Origin: Limnochordia bacterium
GTDB lineage: Bacteria > Bacillota > Limnochordia > DTU080
Reading direction: 5' to 3'
DNA length: 64,000 nt
NCBI GenBank assembly: GCA_050951545.1
Contig: JBMNJG010000011.1
Span: 224,001 to 288,000 of the forward strand
Made by a program: the position numbers and the translations under genes. The notes under the pieces were generated by a model. The model had not been told where the DNA came from. It worked only from the letters and a program-made list of their open reading frames with translations, and ran no database searches. Shown piece after piece: positions 28,150 through 38,516 of the stretch (position 1 is the first letter of the stretch; each line of letters starts with the position of its first letter).

Positions 28150-31100
28150 ATGGCCGATCTTGCCTGTCGCAAGTCAAAGGTGCCATATTGGCGCCGCCCA
28201 TGGTTCTTTGGGCTGGTACTGTTTGTTATGGCTGCTATCATGGTGGATTCGGGCGGGTTGCTGCTGTATGCACAAGAGGCAGAAACACCCGCTGCTGACC
28301 AAACGCAGGCGGAAGCGGAAGAGGCTGCTCCGGCTCCTCGAAAGCGCACGCTGGATGAAGATATCGACGTGTTCGACGAAGCGGAGTTTCTGGACCCCTT
28401 GTACGCGGCGGTCTGGCAGGGATGGCGCGAGGCAGGCCACAAGGACACTACAGGTGTCTCGATCACCATTGACCCTACTCGTTATGCTCGCAAGTATGCC
28501 TCTGAAGTAGGCAGTCCCGCACGGGTGCAAGCGGTTCGAAACTATGAGGGACGTAGTGGGTCTGCGCTGTTGTGGCTCGATGAAGAAACCATCATCGAGT
28601 GGGAAGTCAACATCCCTAGGAGTGGCTTCTATAACATTTCTTTTGAATATATCCCTCTTGAGGGTAAGCGCGCTAGCATTCAGCGTGACCTAAAGATTGA
28701 TGGTGCCTATCCCTTCAACGAAGCACGGCGTCTCATCTTTCCGCGCAGCTGGCGTGACGCATACCGCCCGAGGAGAGACAACCAGGGCAACGATGTGAGG
28801 CCAAGGCAAGAGGAAGTGAGGATCTGGCAGGAGCGCTATTTTGAGGATCCACAGGGAATGTACCGGGAGCCTTTTCGCTTCTATCTTTCCGCGGGTAAGC
28901 ACCGTCTGACCATGAACGCCATCCGCGAACCCATGGCGTTGGGGGCCATAAAGATCACCTCACCCAAGGCCCTGCCAACCTATGCAGAGATGAAGCAGCT
29001 CTATGAGCAGAAGGGATACAGACCAGTTGAGGGAGAGGTTATTCGCGTTCAGACCGAGTTCCCCACCTTGAAGTCTGACCCTACCATTCGTTCGGAGTAC
29101 AGCTATGATCCGTCTTCCATTCCCCCAGCCGGGGGCAACATGATACTGAACGTGTTCGGCGGAAGTCGCTGGCGCAAGGGTCAGCAGTGGGCCGAATGGA
29201 AGTTCAGCGTCCCTGAAGACGGCCTCTATAAGATCGGGATGAAGATCCTTCAGCAGCATGGGGAGCGACTGCCCGTGACTCGTAAGATCGAGATCGACGG
29301 GGAAGTGCCCTTCAAGGAGCTCGAGGAGTTTCTTTTCCCGTATGACCGTGACTACAATATCGTGCCTTTGGGCGACCCGAACGGCGAGCCGTACTACTTC
29401 TACTTCACCAAGGGCGAACATGTGCTGCGCATGACCGCTGCTGTCGGTCCGGTTGCTCGCACCATTCGCATGGCGAACGCGGCCAGCCTCGAGTTCGCGA
29501 AGCTGTCGCGAGCAATCGTGATGATTACGGGTCCCAACCCTGACCCCAACTTTGACTGGGAAATCCACAAGAAGATTCCAGAGCTGTTGCCCCGCATGAA
29601 GGCTCTCGAAGAGGCCTTCGCCCAAGAGGGCAAATGGCTTAGAGAGTTTTCGCCCAAGACTCGGTTGGCCGACTCCTTGGACTTGAGCACAGCAATTATG
29701 GCCTCGATGATTCGTCGCCCCGATACGATCACCAACAGGCTGAAGGAGTTCTCCGACCAGGAGATGCGTCTCTCGCAGTGGGTACTCGACTTGCAGTACG
29801 GAGCCCTCGAAATAGACTACTTTGTCGTTGCTCCCCCTGACTACACCTTCCCAAGTGTGAAGCCCACGCCGTGGCAACGTTTTGTCGCAGGCTTGAGAAG
29901 CTTCCTGCTATCCTTTACGAAGGACTACACTTCTATAGGGGATGTGTACACGGCGCAGGAGGGTGTCGACGAGAGCGGTGAAAAGGTTCTTACGCTCTGG
30001 GTCGGCTGGGGACGTGAGTGGACAGCGATTATCAAAGAGATGATCGACGAAGACTTCACCCCCGATACTGGCATTAAGGTAAACGTCAACGTCATCCCCT
30101 CCGGGGCCTTGGGTACGGGTCAGAGCGTCTTGCTGTTGTCCTTGGCTGCAGGGCAAGCGCCTGACGTATCGTTTGGCACACCAGCTGGTACACCAGTGGA
30201 GTTTGCTATTCGTGGCGGAGTGCTAAACCTCAATCAGTTCGCTGACTACAATGAAGTCATCAAGCGCTTCCGGCCTGGCGCTCTCATCCCGTTCAAGTAT
30301 CGGGGTGGGGACTATGCGTTACCAGAAACGCAGAGTTTCTCGATGATGTTCTACCGTAAGGATATCTTGCATCAGTTCAAACTCCCAGTGCCGGACACTT
30401 GGGACGATGTGATCAAGATGCTACCTACCCTACAGCAGTACGGCATGAACTTTCACTACGCTGGTGGGTTCACCCCATTCCTGTATCAGCATGGTGGCGA
30501 GTACTACTACGCAGATGGCTGGTACTCGGCTCTGGATAGCCCGCAGGCTCTCGCAGCCTTCAAGGGTTGGACTGACCTGTATGCCAACTACAGGATTCCC
30601 GTTGCGTCAAACTTCTATAACCGGATTCGAACCGGGGAGATGCCTATCGGGATTGCCGATTACCAGACTTACGTCCTCCTATCCACAGCTGCCCCCGAAC
30701 TCACGGGTTGGTGGGAAATGGTTCCGATGCCCGGAGTACGAAGGCCGGATGGCGTGGTAGACCGTACCGCGGCCGGCGGTTCTTCGACGGCAGTGATCTA
30801 CACGGCCTCAAGGTACAAAGCGGATGCCTGGGAGCTCATGAAATGGTGGACTAGCACTCCCATTCAGGCTCGCTTTGGTGAAGAGGTAGAGGCGGTCCTC
30901 GGAGTAGAGGCTCGCTGGAACACTGCTAACGTTGAAGCCCTGATGAACATGCCCTGGCCGAAGAAGGACATTCTCGCTATTCGTGAGCAGTGGAATTGGT
31001 TCAAGGAGCAACCAGTGGTGCTGGGCGGATACTTCACAGGCAGGCACATTCAGAATGCCTGGAACCGTGTAGTCCTCCAGGGAACTAACCCGCGTGAGGC

Positions 31101-31254
31101 TCTCGAACTCGCTGTGAAAGACATCGATAGGGAGCTAGCGAAGAAGCAAGAGGAATTCGGCACAACGATTCCGACGCGACGTGAGTTCGTCGCGGAGTAC
31201 GGTGAGTTGAAGCCGGGATTCTCAGTCTATAGACAGACGTTGGGCCTCGAGTAG
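28150..31254 (+). CDS. Large carbohydrate ABC solute-binding protein with N-terminal CBM-like domains
   Basis: Two galactose-binding-like repeats (EWEVNIPRSGFY, EWKFSVPEDGLY), then an SBP_bac_1 domain (MMFYRKD, VPDTWDD, AWELMKW). ATG follows GGAGG. Confidence 0.88.
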   Translation: MADLACRKSKVPYWRRPWFFGLVLFVMAAIMVDSGGLLLYAQEAETPAADQTQAEAEEAAPAPRKRTLDEDIDVFDEAEFLDPLYAAVWQGWREAGHKDTTGVSITIDPTRYARKYASEVGSPARVQAVRNYEGRSGSALLWLDEETIIEWEVNIPRSGFYNISFEYIPLEGKRASIQRDLKIDGAYPFNEARRLIFPRSWRDAYRPRRDNQGNDVRPRQEEVRIWQERYFEDPQGMYREPFRFYLSAGKHRLTMNAIREPMALGAIKITSPKALPTYAEMKQLYEQKGYRPVEGEVIRVQTEFPTLKSDPTIRSEYSYDPSSIPPAGGNMILNVFGGSRWRKGQQWAEWKFSVPEDGLYKIGMKILQQHGERLPVTRKIEIDGEVPFKELEEFLFPYDRDYNIVPLGDPNGEPYYFYFTKGEHVLRMTAAVGPVARTIRMANAASLEFAKLSRAIVMITGPNPDPNFDWEIHKKIPELLPRMKALEEAFAQEGKWLREFSPKTRLADSLDLSTAIMASMIRRPDTITNRLKEFSDQEMRLSQWVLDLQYGALEIDYFVVAPPDYTFPSVKPTPWQRFVAGLRSFLLSFTKDYTSIGDVYTAQEGVDESGEKVLTLWVGWGREWTAIIKEMIDEDFTPDTGIKVNVNVIPSGALGTGQSVLLLSLAAGQAPDVSFGTPAGTPVEFAIRGGVLNLNQFADYNEVIKRFRPGALIPFKYRGGDYALPETQSFSMMFYRKDILHQFKLPVPDTWDDVIKMLPTLQQYGMNFHYAGGFTPFLYQHGGEYYYADGWYSALDSPQALAAFKGWTDLYANYRIPVASNFYNRIRTGEMPIGIADYQTYVLLSTAAPELTGWWEMVPMPGVRRPDGVVDRTAAGGSSTAVIYTASRYKADAWELMKWWTSTPIQARFGEEVEAVLGVEARWNTANVEALMNMPWPKKDILAIREQWNWFKEQPVVLGGYFTGRHIQNAWNRVVLQGTNPREALELAVKDIDRELAKKQEEFGTTIPTRREFVAEYGELKPGFSVYRQTLGLE

Positions 31255-31266
31255 GTCCTGAGCTGA

Positions 31267-31308
31267 GTTTCGAGCCTTCGCCCCAAGCACGTTGCCGAGG
31301 GCTCGAAA
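31267..31308 (+). terminator. intercistronic stem-loop after the SBP gene
   Basis: GTTTCGAGCCTTCG/CGAGGGCTCGAAAC stem. Confidence 0.6.
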
Positions 31309-31342
31309 CCCAGCCGCATGTGCCAAAAGGAGTGAGCTGTAG

Positions 31343-32299
31343 ATGGCCCAGGTCACAGAAGTGAGAGCGGGTCTACCAAAAAAACCGTCTTTGGAGGTTC
31401 GGTTCAAGCGCGCATTGTCTGATGCGCGAAGATGGCGTGTCCACTATTTCTTCATGGCGCCGTTCATGATCCTGTTCACCATCTTCACCATAGTACCGGT
31501 TATATCATCCATCTACCTGAGCTTTACGTACTTCAACGTTCTGGAGCCTCCGCGCTGGATAGGGTGGTCCAACTTTAACTTGCTCTTCCTTGAAGATGAC
31601 ATCTTCATCTTGGCGCTGAAGAACACCCTGCTTTTCTCGGTGATCACAGGGCCTGTGAGTTTCTTCATGCAGTTTTTCCTCGCGTGGCTGATTAACTCGC
31701 TGAAGTACAGGATCGCCTACACCCTCGCCTTTTACGCGCCTTCCATCACAAGTGGGTTGGCTATGGGCGCAATCTGGCAGGTGTTGTTCTCCGGTGACTA
31801 CTACGGTTACCTAAACTACATCCTTATCCGGCTGGGGGTTCTGAGCGAACCCTATGTGTGGCTGCAGAACGTGAACACGATGCTACCGATTGTGATTCTC
31901 GTGTCGTTGTGGATGAGTATGGGTTCAGGCTTTCTATCCTTCCTGGCTGGGCTGCAGAATATGAACGAAGAGCTTTACGAGGCCGGGAAGGTGGACGGGG
32001 TGCGCAACAGATTCCAGGAAGTCTGGTACATTACTTTGCCGTTGATGAAACCACAGCTGCTGTTCGGCGCCGTCATGGCTGTAGTCCGTTCACTTGAGGT
32101 GTCGGGCGTTGCGGTTGCTTTGACGGGCCTTCCCAGCCCGCTGTATGCCACGCATACTATCATGACGCACTTGCAGGACTACGCGTTCATTCGCTTTGAG
32201 ATGGGCTATGCATCAGCCATTTCGGTGGTGCTCTTCTTGATGATGTTCGGTCTGTCTCGCTTCTTTATGCGTGTGCTTTCGACGAAGGGCGAGTACTAG
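31343..32299 (+). CDS. Carbohydrate ABC transporter permease
   Basis: TM helices; EAA-like motif LYEAGKVDG; MGYASA. Confidence 0.92.
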   Translation: MAQVTEVRAGLPKKPSLEVRFKRALSDARRWRVHYFFMAPFMILFTIFTIVPVISSIYLSFTYFNVLEPPRWIGWSNFNLLFLEDDIFILALKNTLLFSVITGPVSFFMQFFLAWLINSLKYRIAYTLAFYAPSITSGLAMGAIWQVLFSGDYYGYLNYILIRLGVLSEPYVWLQNVNTMLPIVILVSLWMSMGSGFLSFLAGLQNMNEELYEAGKVDGVRNRFQEVWYITLPLMKPQLLFGAVMAVVRSLEVSGVAVALTGLPSPLYATHTIMTHLQDYAFIRFEMGYASAISVVLFLMMFGLSRFFMRVLSTKGEY

Positions 32300-32322
32300 T
32301 TGACAAAGGGAGGTTTGCGCCG

Positions 32323-33192
32323 ATGGCTGCTGCAATGCCGCGTCTGAGAAGGCGGAGACTGAAAGGAGAGCCTATTGGTGTCTATGTGGTACTGACACTG
32401 ATGGCTCTGGTCATGATCATGCCGATGTACCTGATGACCATTAACGCGTTCAAGCCGCTGGAAGAGCTCTTCCTCTTTCCGCCGCGCTATTACGTGATGA
32501 ATCCCACGTTGAACAACTTTACCGATCTCTTGATCGCGACTGGTGCGGCGTGGGTGCCCTTTTCTCGGTATCTGTTTAACAGCTTGTTCATCACGATTAC
32601 GGTCGTTACGCTGCACGTGCTTATCGCTTGCATGTGCGCTTACCCGCTGGCCAAATCAAAGGCACCTGGGGTTACAGTGATGTTCAACCTGGTGGTTGCC
32701 TCGCTGATGTTCTCGCCTACGGTGACGAACATTCCGCGATACCTCATCATCAACCGCCTGGGCATCATCGACACCTACTGGGCACTGATCTTGCCGGGTA
32801 TCGCTGGGTCTTTCGGCACGTTCTTGATGAAGCAGTTTCTGGAACAAGTGCCAAATGAGCTGATGGAAGCAGCCCGAATTGACGGGGCGAGCGAATGGGT
32901 GATGTTCTGGCGGTTGATCATGCCCATGTCTCGGCCAGCTTGGGCGACCTTGACGATCTTCGCCTGGATTAGCAGCTGGAATGATGAGTGGGGTCCGCTA
33001 GTGTTCACAAGGTCGGAAGCGATGAAGACTCTACCGCTGGCGATCCACACCATGTTTTCCGGATCGAACGCAATCGCCCGCGCAGGAGCAAGCGCTGCGG
33101 CTGGGTTGCTGCAGACGGCCCCCACGATCATTTTGTTCCTGTTACTGCAGAAGCGTGTCATTTCTACGATGGCTCACGCGGGTATCAAGTAA
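32323..33192 (+). CDS. Carbohydrate ABC transporter permease
   Basis: EAARIDGAS, WND. Confidence 0.92.
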   Translation: MAAAMPRLRRRRLKGEPIGVYVVLTLMALVMIMPMYLMTINAFKPLEELFLFPPRYYVMNPTLNNFTDLLIATGAAWVPFSRYLFNSLFITITVVTLHVLIACMCAYPLAKSKAPGVTVMFNLVVASLMFSPTVTNIPRYLIINRLGIIDTYWALILPGIAGSFGTFLMKQFLEQVPNELMEAARIDGASEWVMFWRLIMPMSRPAWATLTIFAWISSWNDEWGPLVFTRSEAMKTLPLAIHTMFSGSNAIARAGASAAAGLLQTAPTIILFLLLQKRVISTMAHAGIK

Positions 33193-33240
33193 CGGGATCA
33201 GTGGGTGGAATGCCATGTCTTCATGTGCTTCTGAAAGGGT

Positions 33241-35304
33241 GTGTCAACCGTGGTAAAGAGATGGCTGTGGGTAGCTACGGTGCTTGCAGTGGCTGTTGCT
33301 GCCGCGACATGTATCATGCCGGGAGCTGAGGCCCGCCGCATCGGCCTTTACTTCCAGCAAGGAATAGGGATCTTCCCTTCCCAACTGGGATATGTGTACC
33401 ATCGTGACTTCGGGCTGGAACTCGAGATGGATGGGCCACAAGACATGTTCTTGTCGCACGATAAGACGCTGTATCTTGTGGACACCGGAAACAACCGCAT
33501 CCTGAAGGTCGATATGTTTGGGGAGCTGCTGGCTGAGTTTGGCAAAGGCCCGGACTTGGAGATGGAGCATCGGCTGAAGAAGCCACAGGGCGTGTTCGTC
33601 AATGAGTTTGACGAAGTGATCGTCGCTGACACGGACAATAAGCGCATCGTCATCTACAACCCTGATGGTACAATGCAGAAGATCATCCCCCAGCCGGACT
33701 CCGTCTTGCTGGGAGAGGACTTCCACTATCAGCCGACCAAGGTCATTCAGGACCGGCGCGGATATTTGTACGTGGCCAACTCCAACGACTATCGAGGGTT
33801 GATCCTGCTTGACACGAACGGAGCGTTCCGCGGCTTCTTTGCCCCGAACCGCGTGCCCTTTAGCATGCGCAGGATCATCATCAACATGTTTGCCACTGAG
33901 GCGCAGAAAGAGAAGCTGTCGAAGACGTTGCCCACACCGCACTCCAACATGATCATCGACCAGTACGGGTACATCTACTCGTCGACAGTCTACGACCGCA
34001 AGAATCAGATCAAGAAGCTCAACAGCGTAGGTAAGGACGTTCTCAACAGTTCGGACTACGTCTATGGATACACGTTCCGCCGCGGCAGTCAGTACGTCCA
34101 GCCGAACTTCGTGGACCTCACCGTGAACGAGAAGGGTATCATGTCTGCGCTAGACTCTCAGAACGGCTGGATCTATCAGTATGACCAAGACCGAAACTTG
34201 CTGTTGATGTTCGGTGGTAAGGGCGAGGAAAAGGGGTATTTCGGTTACCCCACCAGCATTGTTGGAGATGACGAAGGGTATCTCTACATTCTGGACAAGG
34301 ATCGGAACAACATTCAGGTGTTTCGGCCGACCCAGTTTGCAGGATTGGTTCATGGAGCAAGTGAGCTCTATGTAGACGGTCGTTACGAAGAGGCAGCCGG
34401 ACCGTGGCGAGAGGTCATCAAGTATAACACGAATTACTCGCTGGCATGGTCAGGCATTGGTAAAGCCTTTATGAAGTTGGAGGAGTACGACAAGGCCCTG
34501 CAAGCCTACCACTATGCACGAGACCGCGAGGGGTATTCCGAGGCGTTCGCTGAGCTTCGGCATGCCTGGGTACGGAGCAATTTCGGACTGAACGTGACGC
34601 TGATTATCGCTCTGATCTTCGCTATTGCTGGGGCGATCAAGGGGCTGCAGTGGATCTACCGACAGCCCTGGGAAGAGAGCGGCATTGTGGTACGTACGGT
34701 GCAGACATTGCTTAAGGTCATGTTCCGCCCGGCAGAGGGTTTCTGGGATCTGAAGGTAGGAAAAAAAGGAAACCCGCTTGTTGGGGCAGTGTTGATGATA
34801 TTGATGTTTGCAGTGCGTGTCTTTGACATTCAATGCAAGAGCTATCAGATCGCCAGCGTCGACCCAAAGGATGTCAGCCTGTTCTTGGAGATAGCGCGTA
34901 TCTTCGGTGTCTGGATCGTTTGGGGTGTCGCCAACTACGGAGTAGGCGCGATCTTTGAGGGTGAAGGTTTCTTCCGTGATGTGATGACCGCTGCAGCCTA
35001 TAGCATGGGTCCGTACCTCCTGTTCACGTGGCCGTTGACTCTGTTCTCCCATGTGTTGACCCGAGCGGAGAAAGGCTACATCGACTTCTTCTTCAACATC
35101 ATTGTGTACTGGAGCCTGGCCCTCGTGATTCTGTCGGTAAGGCACGTGCACAACTTCAACTTCAGAGTCACGGTAACGACGACTGCGCTATCCGTTTTTG
35201 GGATGTTCATCATCGTAGGTGTGCTAGGGCTGATGTGGGTGCTAACCGATCAGTTGGTGACGTTTATTCAGGAGATGGTGGTTGAAATTGCCATCCGAGC
35301 GTAG
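33241..35304 (+). CDS. NHL-repeat + TPR + YIP1-domain membrane protein
   Basis: NHL repeats (LYLVDTGNNRI, IVADTDNKRI), TPR-like helices, C-terminal multi-TM YIP1-like region (GEGFF..AYS). Confidence 0.82.
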   Translation: MSTVVKRWLWVATVLAVAVAAATCIMPGAEARRIGLYFQQGIGIFPSQLGYVYHRDFGLELEMDGPQDMFLSHDKTLYLVDTGNNRILKVDMFGELLAEFGKGPDLEMEHRLKKPQGVFVNEFDEVIVADTDNKRIVIYNPDGTMQKIIPQPDSVLLGEDFHYQPTKVIQDRRGYLYVANSNDYRGLILLDTNGAFRGFFAPNRVPFSMRRIIINMFATEAQKEKLSKTLPTPHSNMIIDQYGYIYSSTVYDRKNQIKKLNSVGKDVLNSSDYVYGYTFRRGSQYVQPNFVDLTVNEKGIMSALDSQNGWIYQYDQDRNLLLMFGGKGEEKGYFGYPTSIVGDDEGYLYILDKDRNNIQVFRPTQFAGLVHGASELYVDGRYEEAAGPWREVIKYNTNYSLAWSGIGKAFMKLEEYDKALQAYHYARDREGYSEAFAELRHAWVRSNFGLNVTLIIALIFAIAGAIKGLQWIYRQPWEESGIVVRTVQTLLKVMFRPAEGFWDLKVGKKGNPLVGAVLMILMFAVRVFDIQCKSYQIASVDPKDVSLFLEIARIFGVWIVWGVANYGVGAIFEGEGFFRDVMTAAAYSMGPYLLFTWPLTLFSHVLTRAEKGYIDFFFNIIVYWSLALVILSVRHVHNFNFRVTVTTTALSVFGMFIIVGVLGLMWVLTDQLVTFIQEMVVEIAIRA

Positions 35305-35355
35305 GCATGGAGGCCGTGACTTTTGTTGTCGACTTGCGCTGAGGAGGCCGTGTTT

Positions 35356-37596
35356 ATGAGACACAGTAGGTGGCTTGTAGCATGTGGGTTGGTGATAATC
35401 GTATTCCTTGCCTTGGCGCCCTTGGTGGGTGCACAGGGATTTGGATTTGGCAACTTGTTTGGGGGTTTTTTCGGGGCTGAAGAAGAGGAAGAGGAAGAGC
35501 CCACGGTTGCTGCTGACGGTATTCCTCTGGGTTTCAGCTTGGTGGCTGAGAATCGCAATCTAGAGCTATTTCTGGATGCAGACGAGGGACAGCTGCTGGT
35601 CCGGGATAAGCGGACAGAGGCCATATGGCGCACGAACCCGGATCTTGAAAAGACGAAGATGTCGGTTGGACAGCTATGGGAGAAACACTTGCGCTCACAG
35701 GTCATCATTCAGTACACGGATGACAAGAAGCGCAACAAGAAGACAACGAACAACGTAGACCAGCAGGCTATCGTGACCTACGAGCCTATCCCGCGTGGTG
35801 TGCGTGTGGTCTTCCATATGCAAGCCTTGGGTTTTCAGATCCCTGTTGAGTACCGTCTGGGTGAGAACTACATGGAGGCGCGTATCCCCGACGATCTCTT
35901 GCTGGAGACGTCCACGTATGCGCTGGTAACCATAGAACTGGTTCCGTTCTTCGGAGCAGCTACTGACGACGATACCGGGTATATGGTTATCCCGGATAGC
36001 TCAGGTGCTGTCACGTACTTCAAGAAGGAGCACCCGCGTTATGCGCGGCAATTCCAGGAGTTCGCCTACGGGCCTGACGAAGTGCGCTTCTACGGTATGC
36101 GCGACTTCTTCATCGCCTTTAACCAAGCGCGACGGCAGGTGTTTGGGCCCTACTTCGGGTTGGTTAACGGTTCGCAGGCCTTTCTCGGACTGGTGACCGA
36201 GGGTGACTTCGACGTTAAGATCAACGCCGCGCCTAGCGGGTATATAGTCGATTTCTACCGAGCTAGCGCCGAGTTTCAGGTGCGTAAGGAGTACTCAGCC
36301 TTTCTAGCCCGTACGCGCCAGGTGCAAACCACAGAGAGTAGGCGCATTGGCACGGATCGCGCAGTGCGCTGGTATCTGTTGACGGACGAGGACGCCAACT
36401 ACGTGGGTATGGCCAACACCTACCGCGACTACCTCAAGGAGAAGTACAATGTGGTTGGGCGTCTGGGATTGAAAGACGATGTAGCGCCAATCCACATTCG
36501 TTTGACGAACGCTGTGTTAAAGGGTGGTCTGATTCTTGACGAACTGATCAAGATGACCACTTTCGATCAGGCGCGCACGATTGTTGAGAGTCTCCAGGCC
36601 TCTGGGGTCAACAACATGGACGTGACCTTGGTAGGGTGGACACAGAAAGGTGTAGACGGCATCGTTCCGCGCCACTGGCCTCCTGAAAGAGCTTTGGGCG
36701 GGGCAACTGCCCTGAGTGACTTCGCTCACTGGGCTACTGAGCGAGGTGTCGACGTCTTCTTGGAGGACAACTTCCTGGATGCCAACCAAAACAACGGGGG
36801 GTTCTCTCCGCGCAATGATGTCGTGCGTACAGCAGCGAAAACTCCTGTTCACTCGGGACGACGCTTCTTGATCTCGCCAGTCGTGGCGTATACTAAGTTT
36901 GGGCGGGAATACATCCCGAAGATGGCCGATCTCGGGGTCGCAGGTTTGGACCTTAAGAAATTGGGCGAATTGCTCATCTACGATCGCAACGACACGGCTC
37001 GGGCCGAGCGAGCTGATACAGCGGCGGCTTGGCTGAACATCGCGGCACTGGCCAGGAAACTGATGGGCCGGGTGTCCGTACAAGGCGGTAACGCCTTCTT
37101 CTTGGCGGTTGCAGACAAGGTGACTAATGCTCCAATCGACGAGAGCACCCACGTGTTTGTCGATCACTCCATTCCGTTCTATCAAATCGTGGTGCATGGC
37201 CTTGTTCCGGTCTATGGCTACCCCAGTAACCTGCGAAATGACCCTCGCAAGGAGTACTTGCGTATGGTGGAGTATGGCATGTTGCCAATGTTTGAGCTGA
37301 CCTACGAAGACTCCGCTCTACTACGTGATACCTCGTATGCCATGCTGTTCAGCTCGCAGTTTGACACATGGGTTGACACGGTGAAGGAGGAGTTCGAGGC
37401 AGTCAACGTAGGCATGGGAATGTTGCAGCGCTTGTCTATCGTAGCCCACGGCCAGATCGCGCCGAACGTGTTTGAGACGGGGTATGAGGATGGCACCAAC
37501 GTCATCGTCAACTATAACGATTACCCGTATGTGTCGGACTCAGTGACGGTTCCTGCGCTCGACTATCTCATTATCAAGGGAGGGCGTAGCTCGTGA
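35356..37596 (+). CDS. DUF5696-like secreted protein
   Basis: Signal peptide; AENRNLEL..WRTNP, PFFGA..GYMVIPDSSGA, YVGMANTYR, IPFYQIVVHG, VNYN; usual position in this operon type. Confidence 0.75.
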   Translation: MRHSRWLVACGLVIIVFLALAPLVGAQGFGFGNLFGGFFGAEEEEEEEPTVAADGIPLGFSLVAENRNLELFLDADEGQLLVRDKRTEAIWRTNPDLEKTKMSVGQLWEKHLRSQVIIQYTDDKKRNKKTTNNVDQQAIVTYEPIPRGVRVVFHMQALGFQIPVEYRLGENYMEARIPDDLLLETSTYALVTIELVPFFGAATDDDTGYMVIPDSSGAVTYFKKEHPRYARQFQEFAYGPDEVRFYGMRDFFIAFNQARRQVFGPYFGLVNGSQAFLGLVTEGDFDVKINAAPSGYIVDFYRASAEFQVRKEYSAFLARTRQVQTTESRRIGTDRAVRWYLLTDEDANYVGMANTYRDYLKEKYNVVGRLGLKDDVAPIHIRLTNAVLKGGLILDELIKMTTFDQARTIVESLQASGVNNMDVTLVGWTQKGVDGIVPRHWPPERALGGATALSDFAHWATERGVDVFLEDNFLDANQNNGGFSPRNDVVRTAAKTPVHSGRRFLISPVVAYTKFGREYIPKMADLGVAGLDLKKLGELLIYDRNDTARAERADTAAAWLNIAALARKLMGRVSVQGGNAFFLAVADKVTNAPIDESTHVFVDHSIPFYQIVVHGLVPVYGYPSNLRNDPRKEYLRMVEYGMLPMFELTYEDSALLRDTSYAMLFSSQFDTWVDTVKEEFEAVNVGMGMLQRLSIVAHGQIAPNVFETGYEDGTNVIVNYNDYPYVSDSVTVPALDYLIIKGGRSS

Positions 37597-38468
37597 AGAT
37601 TACTCTGAACCAGCGTCGAGCGTTGACAGGCTTTGTGTTTATCGCTCCGTGGTTTGTCGGTTTCCTGCTCTTCATGGCTAAGCCATTCATCGACTCGTTC
37701 TGGATCAGCTTTAACACGGTCGACATGATGGCGGGCTTTTCGCTGAAGTGGGTGGGTTTCCAGAACTACGTTGAGGCGTTCACGATCGATGAACGTTTTG
37801 TGCCTACGTTGATTCGAGCAGTCCGCGACATGTGTGTCAACGTTCCTGTGATCTTGGTGTTTGCCTTGTTCACTGCTTTCCTGACTAACCAGGAGCTTAT
37901 CGGGCGAGCATTCTTCCGGGGCGTGTTCTTCCTTCCAGTGGTTATCGCTTCCGGACTGGTCGTTCAGCAGCTGTTTGCTCAAGGCGCGGGACGTATCGCA
38001 GGGCAGTCACAGACTATGGCCATGATTGACGTGCCGGGGCTCATCTACATGTATCTAGGGCCTGCGGCTCAGATCGTGAATGACCTGCTCAACCGGATTG
38101 TACTGGTGCTGTGGTCGTCCGGGATCCAGATCTTGCTGTATCTTGCAGGCCTACAGGGCATTTCGGGCAGCCTCTATGAAGCGGCTCGCTGCGATGGTGC
38201 TACGGACTGGGAGCTATTCTGGAAGATCACCTTGCCGATGCTCTCCCCGATCCTGTTGGTGAATGTCATTTTCTCGATTGTCGACTCGTTTACCGACCGG
38301 TTCAATCCGATGCTTGACTTGATCAAGAACTACGCCTTCACGGGCCAGTTTCGATTGGGCTACGCTGCAGCCGCGGGATGGGTCTACTTCCTGGTGATCT
38401 TTCTCATCATCCTGGTGGTTGTTCTCTCATCTAGGCGTTGGGTGTTCTACGCTGGCGAGCGAGACTAG
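37593..38468 (+). CDS. Carbohydrate ABC transporter permease
   Basis: LYEAARCDGA; GTGA overlap with the upstream stop codon. Confidence 0.92.
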   Translation: MKITLNQRRALTGFVFIAPWFVGFLLFMAKPFIDSFWISFNTVDMMAGFSLKWVGFQNYVEAFTIDERFVPTLIRAVRDMCVNVPVILVFALFTAFLTNQELIGRAFFRGVFFLPVVIASGLVVQQLFAQGAGRIAGQSQTMAMIDVPGLIYMYLGPAAQIVNDLLNRIVLVLWSSGIQILLYLAGLQGISGSLYEAARCDGATDWELFWKITLPMLSPILLVNVIFSIVDSFTDRFNPMLDLIKNYAFTGQFRLGYAAAAGWVYFLVIFLIILVVVLSSRRWVFYAGERD

Positions 38469-38516
38469 GTTATAGAATGGCGTAGTGCCGCAGTCCGACT
38501 GAGGAGGGCACATGTA

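Noticed and set aside
28960-29877. Long antisense ORFs (also 24866-25687, 33244-33942, 34450-35151, 36517-37197, 45855-46559)
   Set aside because: These are shadow frames of well-supported genes in GC-rich DNA, with no recognisable motifs.
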